From Terriglobia bacterium (GTDB lineage: Bacteria; Acidobacteriota; Terriglobia; JAJPHL01; JAPKYU01): a stretch of 64,000 bases of DNA. The DNA lies in NCBI GenBank assembly GCA_965206645.1, contig CBDBKE010000004.1, positions 1,568,001-1,632,000 of the forward strand, written 5' to 3'. The position numbers and the translations under genes are program-made. Of the stretch, positions 31,308 through 41,882 are shown one piece after another. Each line of letters starts with the position of its first letter. The stretch's first letter is position 1. The notes under the pieces are model-generated. The model was given only the letters and a program-made list of their open reading frames with translations, was not told the DNA's origin and ran no database searches.

Positions 31308-31767
31308 ATGGCAACTAAAAACGAACAACTACAGCGGGTTTGGCACCACTACGATAATCGGCAGGCACACAGGCCACTTAGTGCTCGACAGGCTGTTGAA
31401 TGGGCTGTTGCGGAGGGACTGCTAGAACTCCCGGAAACCGATCCCTACGACGTGCTTGCGGGTGAAATGTCACAGGCCCTTCGCGAGGAGTTCCAGACTG
31501 ATGAAGAGGGGCGCAGATACAGGGTCAACCACGCTGTCCGCATTACCAAGAGTGGCGTCCAGCATACCTTCTGGGGGGTTATGGGTTACGCGCCGCACGA
31601 TTACAATGGAGAAGGCTTTCGCACAGCGGCGTGAGCAGGTGGTCGGAGACCTTATGCAGCTCAAGACTGATGTTGATGTCTACAACGACATGAATAAGGG
31701 CAGGAGGCCTCCGATTCAGATTGAACTTGATTTTAGGGACGATGTGGCAGAGCGGCAGCAAGTATAG
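31308..31767 (+). pseudogene. Hypothetical protein split by an apparent 1-bp insertion near 31606
   Basis: GAGGT RBS; ...APHDY|a|MEKAFAQRREQ...; removing one A gives a ~152-aa ORF. Confidence 0.65.
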
Positions 31768-31786
31768 AAGGCTCCGCCCCGCAAGG

Positions 31787-32026
31787 CTACGGTTGTCGCC
31801 TAGACTTCTTCCAGCGAGCCTGAGCTGCTAGCTTAGCGATTTCTTGCCGCTGTTCTGACGTAAGGCGCTTTGCTCTGGCACGTCCGCCCTTCAGACCCCC
31901 AGCTCTCCTCTTAGAAGGCATCTTCTTGGCCTCGCTGAGGGTATCTTCAACCTCACCGGTAGCAATGTCTAGGATCAGCTTGGCTAGCTGGTTTGGATCG
32001 CGTGGGCGCTTTGGACCCCCTTGCAC
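31787..32026 (-). CDS. Small basic protein at the transposon right end
   Basis: KRPRDPNQLAKLILDIATGE...GGLKGGRARAKRLT...ARWKK; -10-like CATACT just upstream (leaderless). Confidence 0.75.
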   Translation of the reverse strand: MQGGPKRPRDPNQLAKLILDIATGEVEDTLSEAKKMPSKRRAGGLKGGRARAKRLTSEQRQEIAKLAAQARWKKSRRQP

Positions 32027-32107
32027 TCTGTCAGTATGCCACGCTTAACAGACCCCCGCCATCCCTAGTCACTCCCAAACTGAGACACTACCCCCGAGCC
32101 AGTCGTG

Positions 32108-32137
32108 TTGCCAATCCTGCCGCACTTTTGCTATATT
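32108..32137 (+). promoter_or_regulatory. Sigma70 promoter of tRNA-Asn
   Basis: TTGCCA-N18-TATATT with extended TG. Confidence 0.6.
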
Positions 32138-32164
32138 GTTTGGTGGTCTTTGCGCCCACCACAT

Positions 32165-32241
<77 letters not shown>

Positions 32242-32278
32242 ATCATAACCGCGAACTTTTGCGGTCTGTTAGTTAACG

Positions 32279-32312
32279 CAAGACCCCGACGGACGGCCCC
32301 GCCGGGGTCTTG
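32279..32312 (+). terminator. Hairpin downstream of tRNA-Asn
   Basis: CAAGACCCCG...CGGGGTCTTG stem. Confidence 0.55.
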
Positions 32313-32531
32313 TCGTATCTGGCGCTTTTCCAATCGCTTGCGCCGACCTACACATTCTTTCCGATTCTCCAGTTCGTAAACTGACGCACGGGGTAGCGCG
32401 TGCAACCATGGGGGTTGCGCACGCCCCCCCAAGATATCGTTTACGGATTCTCCCATTCTCCATTTAACATCCCGCTTTATTTAACGGCCCGGTTGCACGC
32501 GGACCACCGAAAGTGACACTTTTTCACTCGC

Positions 32532-32563
32532 TCCGGTAAGTATCTATTCCGGTAAGTATCTAT
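32532..32563. repeat. 16-bp direct repeat x2
   Basis: TCCGGTAAGTATCTAT in tandem. Confidence 0.85.
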
Positions 32564-32758
32564 ATAGAAGCCGGGCCAAGAGGGTCCGGCGGATCACCAG
32601 ACAGCGGCGGCGGCCGTGAAAACGGAGCCCGTTGTGGGTGCCGGCGACATCGCCTGGTGCGGTGTCGAGCGGACTCCATCGGCTCCTGACGACCGTTTCC
32701 GTCCCACGCGGCATCCACAGCACCTCCTCTTCCGCGGCCTCCCGCCAAGGAGGACCGG

Positions 32759-32962
32759 ATGCCGACCAACGCAAACATCCCACCCTCCCGCGATGAAGTG
32801 ATCGCGGAGATCGCCTCGATCCTGGCCCAAGGCTGCCTGCGCCTCCGGAAGAGTCGACGAATCTCGCCCGAGATTGGGAACGAGGCCGGGAAAGGCAAGT
32901 ATTCTCAGGCGCTTACGGAGAATCGACTTGATCGTTCGGGCCACCGAAGCGTTCATGAATGA
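32759..32962 (+). CDS. Small hypothetical protein upstream of the DUF2924 gene
   Basis: AGGAGG RBS; EVIAEIASILAQGCLRL helix. Confidence 0.6.
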   Translation: MPTNANIPPSRDEVIAEIASILAQGCLRLRKSRRISPEIGNEAGKGKYSQALTENRLDRSGHRSVHE

Positions 32963-33261
32963 ACGAGTTAACGCCCCGAAACGGCAAGGCGGAGGGACCG
33001 CCCGCCAGAGGGTGAGTCCATGAACAGGAGGAAATTGAATGAAAGCAAGCACCTATCAACAGATCGAGATTGGGAACGAGGCCGGGAAAGGCAAGTATTC
33101 TCAGGCGCTTACGGAGAATCGACTTGATCGTTCGGGCCACCGAAGCGTTCATGAATGAACGAGTTAACGCCCCGAAACGGCAAGGCGGAGGGACCGCCCG
33201 CCAGAGGGTGAGTCCATGAACAGGAGGAAATTGAATGAAAGCAAGCACCTATCAACAGATC
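32870..33261. repeat. 196-bp exact tandem duplication
   Basis: 32870-33065 matches 33066-33261. Confidence 0.9.
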
Positions 33262-33767
33262 CAGGAGCTGTCCCGACTGACCGTGGGCCAGCTCCGGGAC
33301 AAGCACCTGGATGTCTTCGGTGAGGAGAGCCGCTGCCACCACAAGGCGGCCCTGCAAAAGCGCATCGCCTGGCGCCTGCAGGCCCTGGCCGAGGGCGGCC
33401 TCTCCGAGCGGGCCCGCCGGCGTGCCGAGGAACTGGCCAACGACGCCGATCTCAGAATGCGCGCCCCGCGTGATCCGATCCGGCCCGGCTCAGCGGAGGT
33501 GAGGGCTCGAACGGCGAAGAGCCGCATCCCGCCCTCGCGAGATCCGCGACTACCCGTGCCCGGCACACTGCTGGTGCGGGAGTTTCGGGGGCGCGACGTG
33601 GTGGTCAAGGTGCTCGATGAGGGCTTCGAGTTCGAGGACCGGCGCTATCCGTCTCTGTCGGCCATCGCCAAGGAAATCACGGGCAGCAAATGGAACGGGT
33701 TCTTGTTCTTCAGCCTCACCGGTGGTGACGCAGCCGCGAGCGGGCGTCACCATCAGGGGGTGAGCGA

Positions 33768-33771
<4 letters not shown>
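33235..33771 (+). CDS. DUF2924 domain protein
   Basis: RIAWRLQALAEGGLS, PGTLLVRE and SLSAIAKEITGSKWNGFLFF motifs. Confidence 0.85.
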
Positions 33772-35324
<1,553 letters not shown>

Positions 35325-35388
35325 CCTGACCGGCACTTTTTGTACCAAGTGGAAAGAGAGAGAATCCACTTGAGGAGGAAGTGAGGTC

Positions 35389-35661
35389 ATGCCGACAAGG
35401 AGTTACAAGCCGGAGCAGATTGTAGCGGTGCTACGGCAGATAGAAGTGCAGATGGGGAACGGGAAGACTGCGCCCCAAAAAGAAGCTGGAATCCACACCC
35501 AAACCTACTACCGGTGGCGGAAGGAATACGGCGGGCTGAAGGTGGTGCAGGCAAAACGGCTAAAGGAGTTGGAGAAGGAAAACACGCGGCTGAAGCGGTT
35601 GGTAGCGGAGCTTTCTCTGGAGAAGCAGGTGCTGCGGGATGTGGCACAGGGAAACTTCTGA
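35389..35661 (+). CDS. IS3 transposase OrfA (6-bp deletion relative to copy A2)
   Basis: HTH plus leucine zipper ELEKENTRLKRL. Confidence 0.9.
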   Translation: MPTRSYKPEQIVAVLRQIEVQMGNGKTAPQKEAGIHTQTYYRWRKEYGGLKVVQAKRLKELEKENTRLKRLVAELSLEKQVLRDVAQGNF

Positions 35662-36587
35662 GCCCTGAGCGGCGGCGTTGTGCGGTGGAGCGTGCGTGGG
35701 AGCAACACGGGTTGTCGGAACGGCATGCCTGCCGGCTGCTGGAGCAATGGCGAGGGACACAACGATACGAGCCGATTCATCGGGTGGACGAGGATGCTCT
35801 GACCCGAGCGATCATTGCCCTGGGAGCGAAGTACGGGCGATATGGCTACCGGAGGATCACAGCGTTGCTGCGGAGTGCGGGCTGGGAAGTGGGCAAGGAC
35901 CGGGTGCAGCGGATTTGGCGGCGGGAAGGGCTGAAAGTGCCGCAAAAACAAAGGCCGCGAGGACGGCTGTGGCTGAACGACGGTTCCTGTGTACGACTGA
36001 GGCCGGAGCGACCGAACCACGTGTGGAGCTACGACTTCATGAGTGCCAGAACGCACGAGGGGAGAACGCTGCGGCTGCTGACCTTGCTGGATGAGTACAC
36101 GCGGGAATGCCTGGCGATCCGGGTGGAGCGGAGGATGGGCAGCCAACAAATCATTGAGGCGTTGTCGGACGTGATGTTGTGGCGAGGGATACCGGAACAG
36201 ATTCGATCCGACAATGGTCCCGAGTTCATCGCCAAACAACTGCGCCAGTGGTTGGCAAATCTAGGGACCGGGACACTGTACATCGAACCGGGCAGTCCCT
36301 GGGAGAACGGGTACTGCGAGAGTTTCAATGGGAAGCTGCGGGACGAATGCCTGAATGGAGAGATCTTCTACTCGTTGAAGGAGGCACAGGTGGTGATTGA
36401 ACAGTGGAGGGTGCAATACAACACGGTGCGGCCGCACTCGGCGCTCGGCTATAGGCCCCCGGCGCCGGGGGCCTATAGCATGATTCGCTCCAGAATTCTG
36501 GTGTTTCGATCTTCGCCGAGTCGCCGGTCCGGGAGTCTGCCTCCCCTGCCACTGAAACCAGTTTCACAGCCCCAGGCTGCGATGTAA
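35658..36587 (+). CDS. IS3 transposase OrfB with a 20-codon insertion
   Basis: WSYDF, RSDNGPEF and ENGYCESFNG motifs. Confidence 0.9.
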   Translation: MSPERRRCAVERAWEQHGLSERHACRLLEQWRGTQRYEPIHRVDEDALTRAIIALGAKYGRYGYRRITALLRSAGWEVGKDRVQRIWRREGLKVPQKQRPRGRLWLNDGSCVRLRPERPNHVWSYDFMSARTHEGRTLRLLTLLDEYTRECLAIRVERRMGSQQIIEALSDVMLWRGIPEQIRSDNGPEFIAKQLRQWLANLGTGTLYIEPGSPWENGYCESFNGKLRDECLNGEIFYSLKEAQVVIEQWRVQYNTVRPHSALGYRPPAPGAYSMIRSRILVFRSSPSRRSGSLPPLPLKPVSQPQAAM

Positions 36588-36649
36588 ACTCTCACTACGG
36601 TTGGTACAAAAAATCGGTCTGGTCACATCGGCTACGGCCCGTGAAGGCG

Positions 36650-37908
36650 TGACGTGACCGGGGGTTTTTGTACCAGGTGGAATAAGAGAGAATTCACCTG
36701 AGAAGGAGCCCCGATCCTGTCGACGAAGAGGTATAAGCCGGAGCAGGTTGTAAACCTCCTCCGGCAGATCGAAGTGGAGACTGCCAACGGGAAGACCACG
36801 CCGCAAGCCTGCCGGGATGCTCAGCTCACGGTGCAGACGTAGTATCGCTGGCGGAAGGAGTTTGGCGGGCTGAAGCTAGACCAAGCGAAGCGGCTGAAGG
36901 AACTCGAGAAAGAGAACTCTCGGCTCAAGCGGTTGGTGGCCGAGCTTTCCCTGGAGAAGCAGGTTTTGCGGGATGTGGCGCAGGGAAACTTGTAAGCCCT
37001 GAGCGGCGGCGTTGTGCGGTAGAGCGTGCGCGGGAGCAACACGGGTTGTCGGAACGGCATGGCTGCCGGCTGCTGGGGCAATGGCGAGGGACACAACGAT
37101 ACGAGCCGAATCCTGTGCTGGACGAAGATGGCCTCACCCGAGCGATCGTTGCCCTGGCGACGCAGTACGGGCGCTACGGCTACCGGAGGATCGCGGCACT
37201 GCTGCGGGGTGCAGGCTGGCCAGTGGGCAAGGATCGGGTGCAGCGGATCTGGCGGCGGGAGGGGCTGAAGGTGCCGCAAAAGCAAAGACCCCGAGGACGA
37301 TTGTGGCTGAATGACGGTTCCTGCGTGCGGCTAAGGCCGGAGCGGCCCAACCACGTGTGGAGTTACGATTTTGTCAGCGGCAGAACCGAGGAGGGGAGAA
37401 AGCTGCGCATCCTGACGCTGATTGATGAATATACGCGGGAATGTCTGGCGCTGCCGGTAGAGCGGCGAATGGGGAGCCGGCAGGTGATTCAGACCTTGTC
37501 GGAGGAGATGCTGTGGAAGGGCATTCCAGAGCACCTTCGCTCTGATAACGGGCCCGAGTTCATTGCCCAACAGCTGCGCCAGTGGCTGGCGAAACTAGGG
37601 ACCGCGACGCTGTACATCGAACCGGGCAGCCCTTGGGAGAACGGATACTGTGAGAGTTTCAATGGGAAGCTGCGGGATGAATGCCTGAATGGAGAAGTCT
37701 TCGACACGTTGTGGGAGGCGAAGGTGTTGGCCGAGAAATGGCGCAGGGAGTACAACCAGCGACGGCCTCACAGCGCCTTGGCCTATCGGCCGCCGGCGCC
37801 GGAGGCCAGATTACCCAGGCCCCAGGCCCAGAGTTCTATCCCATGGAGTGGACTTCAAATGGTCCCAGGTCTAACTTAGAGGGTGGTACCATTCGTGAGA
37901 GCAGGTCA
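36650..37908 (+). mobile_element. Divergent IS3-family element B; orfA defective
   Basis: TG...CA ends; orfA 36717-36995 has a CTG start and TAG at 36840; orfB runs to 37879. Confidence 0.85.
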
Positions 37909-37989
37909 GGATGAATTCCCTGTTGGAAACTAGGGAAATGTATGCATAAAGAGGTGGTCAGATTGAGCTGAAGCTGCAGGCGGAGATCC

Positions 37990-39231
37990 ATGCTGGAAGA
38001 GAGTCACTACTACTTCAACAAGGCAGCCGATTTGCTCAGTCTCTCCGAAAGGGTGCGCAAGATCCTGATTACTCCACGCCGGGTGGTCAAAGTAGAGATC
38101 GTAATCGAAAGCGACAGCGGCCAACTACTCCACTTCCTCGGATTTCGGGTGCAGCACAGCAACACTCGCGGGCCCTATAAGGGGGGCTTGCGGTATCACC
38201 CCACACTAGACGAGAACCATGCGGCGGCTCTGGCCAATCTGATGACCTGGAAGACCGCCATCGCCGATGTGCCGTTCGGGGGTGCTAAGGGGGGGATCGA
38301 CTGCGACGTGGCGCAGCTCTCGAAGTCCGAACTTGATCGCGTTACTCGTGCCTTCGTGGGTCAGATCAAAGAAGTGATTGGCCCGAACCTGGATGTGCCC
38401 GCGCCTGACGTCAACACGAATGCTGAAGTGATGGCGTGGATCATGGATGAGTATTCGAAGTACGAGGGTTTCTCACCCGGGGTGGTCACGGGGAAGCCGG
38501 TTCATTTGTTCGGATCAGCGGGCAGAGAGGAAGCTACCGGACGTGGCGTCTTGTACGTCCTGGAGGAGGCGCTCGGCGACCACGACCTGCCACTTGCAGG
38601 TCGAACCGTTGCGCTACAGGGATTTGGAAACGTGGGCAGTAACGCGGCCCGGCTCATTGCCGAAAAAGGGGGAAGAATCGTGGCAGTGGCTGACCATGCC
38701 GGAGCCGTCCACAATGTCGATGGGCTCGACGTGCCGGCTCTGGTGGATTGGGTCAAAGAGCATGAAACCATTCACGGCTTTCCGTTTGGCGATGCTTTCG
38801 ACGGCGCTGAGATCATCACTTGGCCGGCGGAGATTTTGATCCCCGCGGCTCTCGAGAACGTGATCACAGCGGACAACGCCAGGGACGTTCAGGCCAGGAT
38901 CGTGATCGAAGGAGCCAATGGTCCCACTACCCCCCAGGCCCACGAGATCCTTTTGGAGCGCGGCGTCACGGTAGTTCCGGACATCCTCGCCAACGCCGGT
39001 GGCGTTACTGTCAGCTACTTCGAATGGGCTCAGAACATCCAGCGATTCAGCTGGGAATACGACCGAGTGGTCAAGGAGCTCGAGAAGGTCATGCGACGCG
39101 CCTACCGGGAGGTCCGGAGTCTCGCACAGGAGAAGAACATCGACCTGCGAACAGCGGCTTTTGCACTGGCGATTCAACGAGTGGGCAGGGCGGCTGTCTC
39201 TCGCTCAACAATGCGCTTCCACGACTTTTGA
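37990..39231 (+). CDS. gdhA: Glu/Leu/Phe/Val dehydrogenase (glutamate dehydrogenase)
   Basis: KGGLRYHP, GGAKGG, GFGNVG and NAGGVTVSYFEW motifs. Confidence 0.93.
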   Translation: MLEESHYYFNKAADLLSLSERVRKILITPRRVVKVEIVIESDSGQLLHFLGFRVQHSNTRGPYKGGLRYHPTLDENHAAALANLMTWKTAIADVPFGGAKGGIDCDVAQLSKSELDRVTRAFVGQIKEVIGPNLDVPAPDVNTNAEVMAWIMDEYSKYEGFSPGVVTGKPVHLFGSAGREEATGRGVLYVLEEALGDHDLPLAGRTVALQGFGNVGSNAARLIAEKGGRIVAVADHAGAVHNVDGLDVPALVDWVKEHETIHGFPFGDAFDGAEIITWPAEILIPAALENVITADNARDVQARIVIEGANGPTTPQAHEILLERGVTVVPDILANAGGVTVSYFEWAQNIQRFSWEYDRVVKELEKVMRRAYREVRSLAQEKNIDLRTAAFALAIQRVGRAAVSRSTMRFHDF

Positions 39232-40223
39232 CAACCAGAGAGAGTTAACCTTGCCCCTAAAAGGGGTCACCTCACGAAACGGAAAAAATCGTACGCTAAG
39301 GAGATTCGCCGTATCTGGAGGTGTCGGATTGAAGTAAACCCTAGCCTGTCGTCAGGGAAAGGCAGCGCAGTGGCGTCAGAACAGAGTCCTCCTTTGAATT
39401 GATGACACATACCGTCAAGGGTTATAGACTTCTTCCTGACGGATTGGATTCAGGAGGGACGCCTGGCACGGTCAGCGCATCGGCTATGTCCCGGTGAGCA
39501 GCTTCGAGCAGAACCCGGAACGCCAACTTGAGTCGTGTCCAGCTTCGAGAAGAACGCCCAGCCAAGGAGTCTGGGGACATCGAAGAAGGAGACGATCGCA
39601 GAAGGTCCTGACGCATTTTCTAATTGGTTCTTATACGGTGTCAAAGCCTGCTCCGAAACGTGACCAAGCATCTTTCTACCCCACTTACAAGTGACAAAGC
39701 CGAGGTTTTGTACCAGTCCACCTGTACGTTCACCACGGTGTGCTGGTCTCGCGTCCCCTCATCGTCGGCGTTCGAGCACAGGAAGGCCATTTACCCGGGG
39801 GGAAGTGCAACTACGGGGAGTCGGGGCCGTTGACTTGGTAGTATGCCTGTGCCCCAGGAGCAGGACTTACAGCTTTGGATCGACGCGCCGACGCTGGTGC
39901 TCGCTACGAGCGGCGGCGAGCGCATCGAGGGGCGTGGCTCGCCGCCGGCGCTAAGGGTCAGCCGGGCCGAGACGGAAACGGGGTTTCGGTTTATGGTTGC
40001 AGAGAGTCGGCCGTAGGAGTTGCCGGCCCCTGAACTGCAACATGCGAGTTTCAGGATACGGATCGATTGGTTTGCTGGCGGTTTGCCTGGCTGGTTGCGA
40101 AACCGCATGGGGTCAGGCGCCGCGCATCTCCCCGGGAGGCATTGTCAACGCCGCCAGTTTGAGACGCGGCGGCTCCCCCAATTCAGCAAAAAGATCTTCG
40201 GAAACTGAGGTTCTTGCTCTGGG

Positions 40224-41882
40224 CCCGGATTTCCTTTATGAACTATCGGCGGCAACCTTCTGAATGACTCCAACGTCAGTATTGATGCGGGTTCCAGCAT
40301 CAACATTGCCTTCCGGAGGTGTACACCGAATGGGTGAGAGCCAAAAACAGGCGTTTCAACTGTCATTCAACCGGTTTCTGCGGGTCACATTTCAGGGATC
40401 GCGAATCACTTCCGACGGCGGTCTGATTGTGGTGCGCGAGTTGGACGAACGTTTGGGGTTCGGCGAACTTATCGAACAGCACTTGATCGACTCTCGGGGG
40501 AAGAACACCCGGTTGCCCCTCGCTGACTTGCTGCGGCAGTCCATCTACAGCCGCTTGGCAGGATACGAAGACGTCAACGACGCCGAGCGGCTTTCCCAAG
40601 ATCCGACGTTCCGGCTGATCGGTTCGGAGAAGATCTGGGAACGTGGCGCAGCCCTGACTTCCCGGTTACAGTCGTTCGAGACAGAACTGCTGACGCAAGA
40701 CGAGAACCTTGCTGGTTTGGCAGCGATCAACCGGGATTTGATCGCCAGGGCGGAAGCTATGGATGCGCCGCGCCGGGTGGTGCTGGACATGGACAGCACC
40801 GAGATCCCGGTCTACGGCGAACAGGAGCAGAGCGCCTACAACGGGCATTTCGAGTCGAGTTGCTATCACCCGTTGTTGCTGTTCAGTCGCGAGGGTGACT
40901 GTCTGGCGGCCAAGCTGCGACCCGGCAACGTGCACAGCGCCGAGGATTGGGAAGAACTTCTCCTGCCAGAGATCGAACGGCAGCAGAAGCTGGGCAAGGA
41001 AGTGGTGTTTCGCGCCGACGCCGCCTTCGCCAAGCCGGAGATCTACGACGCACTGGAGGAGCGGGACGTGAAGTATGCGATTCGCATCCCGGCCAACGAC
41101 AGTCTGGAGAGGGACATCGCGGAGTTGTTGACGCGGTCAGTGGGGCGACCGAGCCACAAGCCGGTGGTCTGGTACAAGAGCTTTCTCTACCAGGCAGCCA
41201 GTTGGAAAAAGGCGCGGCGGGTGGTGGCGAAGGTGGAGTTCCACTTTGGCGAACTGTTCCCTCGCGTGGGGTTCATCGTCACCAATCTGGAGACCGACAG
41301 CCGGGCGGTGGTCCGGTTCTACAACAAGCGGGGCACCGCAGAGCAATGGATCAAGGAAGGCAAGCAGGCGGTAAAGATGACCCGGCTGAGTTGCCATCGG
41401 TTTCGGTCGAACGAGGTGCGCCTATGGCTGAGCCTGATCGCCTACAACTTGGGAAACCTGTGGCGGCGGCTGGTGCTACCGAAGAGGATCAACAACTGGT
41501 CGCTGACGAGTTTGCAGCAGCGGCTGGTGAAAACGGGCGGACGGCTGGTGAAACATGCGCGATATTACTGGCTTTTGCTGGCCGAAGGGCACTTGAGCCG
41601 GAGGCTGTTCAGCAGCATGCTGCGAACGATCTCGGCACTGCCGCTGCCAGACGGCTAGCGACCCAGGAGAGAGGGTAATTTTAGGTGCTCAGAAGTGGTC
41701 GGGCCGGACAAGTGTCAGCGGCGAGGCAGGCTGGGCAGGCGAAACCCGCACAGCGACTCCGAAGAACAGCCAAAATGTGCCGCACTACCACCTCAAAGAG
41801 GCCCGGGCGATTTGCGATTGACACGACAGGGTAAGAGGCATAGGTTTTCGGGTGAAGGTGAAGCTCAAAATGGAAATTCCGG
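40224..41882 (+). mobile_element. IS1380-family element
   Basis: Imperfect IRs CCCGGATTTCC / GGAAATTCCGG; 5-bp TSD CTGGG (40219-40223, 41883-41887). Confidence 0.9.
40330..41658 (+). CDS. IS1380-family transposase
   Basis: ITSDGG, LDMDST, RADAAF and YNKRGTAEQWIKE motifs. Confidence 0.92.
   Translation: MGESQKQAFQLSFNRFLRVTFQGSRITSDGGLIVVRELDERLGFGELIEQHLIDSRGKNTRLPLADLLRQSIYSRLAGYEDVNDAERLSQDPTFRLIGSEKIWERGAALTSRLQSFETELLTQDENLAGLAAINRDLIARAEAMDAPRRVVLDMDSTEIPVYGEQEQSAYNGHFESSCYHPLLLFSREGDCLAAKLRPGNVHSAEDWEELLLPEIERQQKLGKEVVFRADAAFAKPEIYDALEERDVKYAIRIPANDSLERDIAELLTRSVGRPSHKPVVWYKSFLYQAASWKKARRVVAKVEFHFGELFPRVGFIVTNLETDSRAVVRFYNKRGTAEQWIKEGKQAVKMTRLSCHRFRSNEVRLWLSLIAYNLGNLWRRLVLPKRINNWSLTSLQQRLVKTGGRLVKHARYYWLLLAEGHLSRRLFSSMLRTISALPLPDG

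Larger units (their letters stand above)
28644..32092. mobile_element. IS1-family cargo-carrying transposon (3449 bp)
   Basis: Perfect 17-bp terminal IRs GGTAGTGTCTCAGTTTG (28644-28660 and 32076-32092); flanks CCTGAGCC/CCCGAGCC (8-bp TSD, 1 mismatch). Confidence 0.85.

Noticed and set aside
39240-40040. Possible genes or RNA between gdhA and the surface-protein pseudogene
   Set aside because: Only short ORFs without motifs; probably decayed sequence
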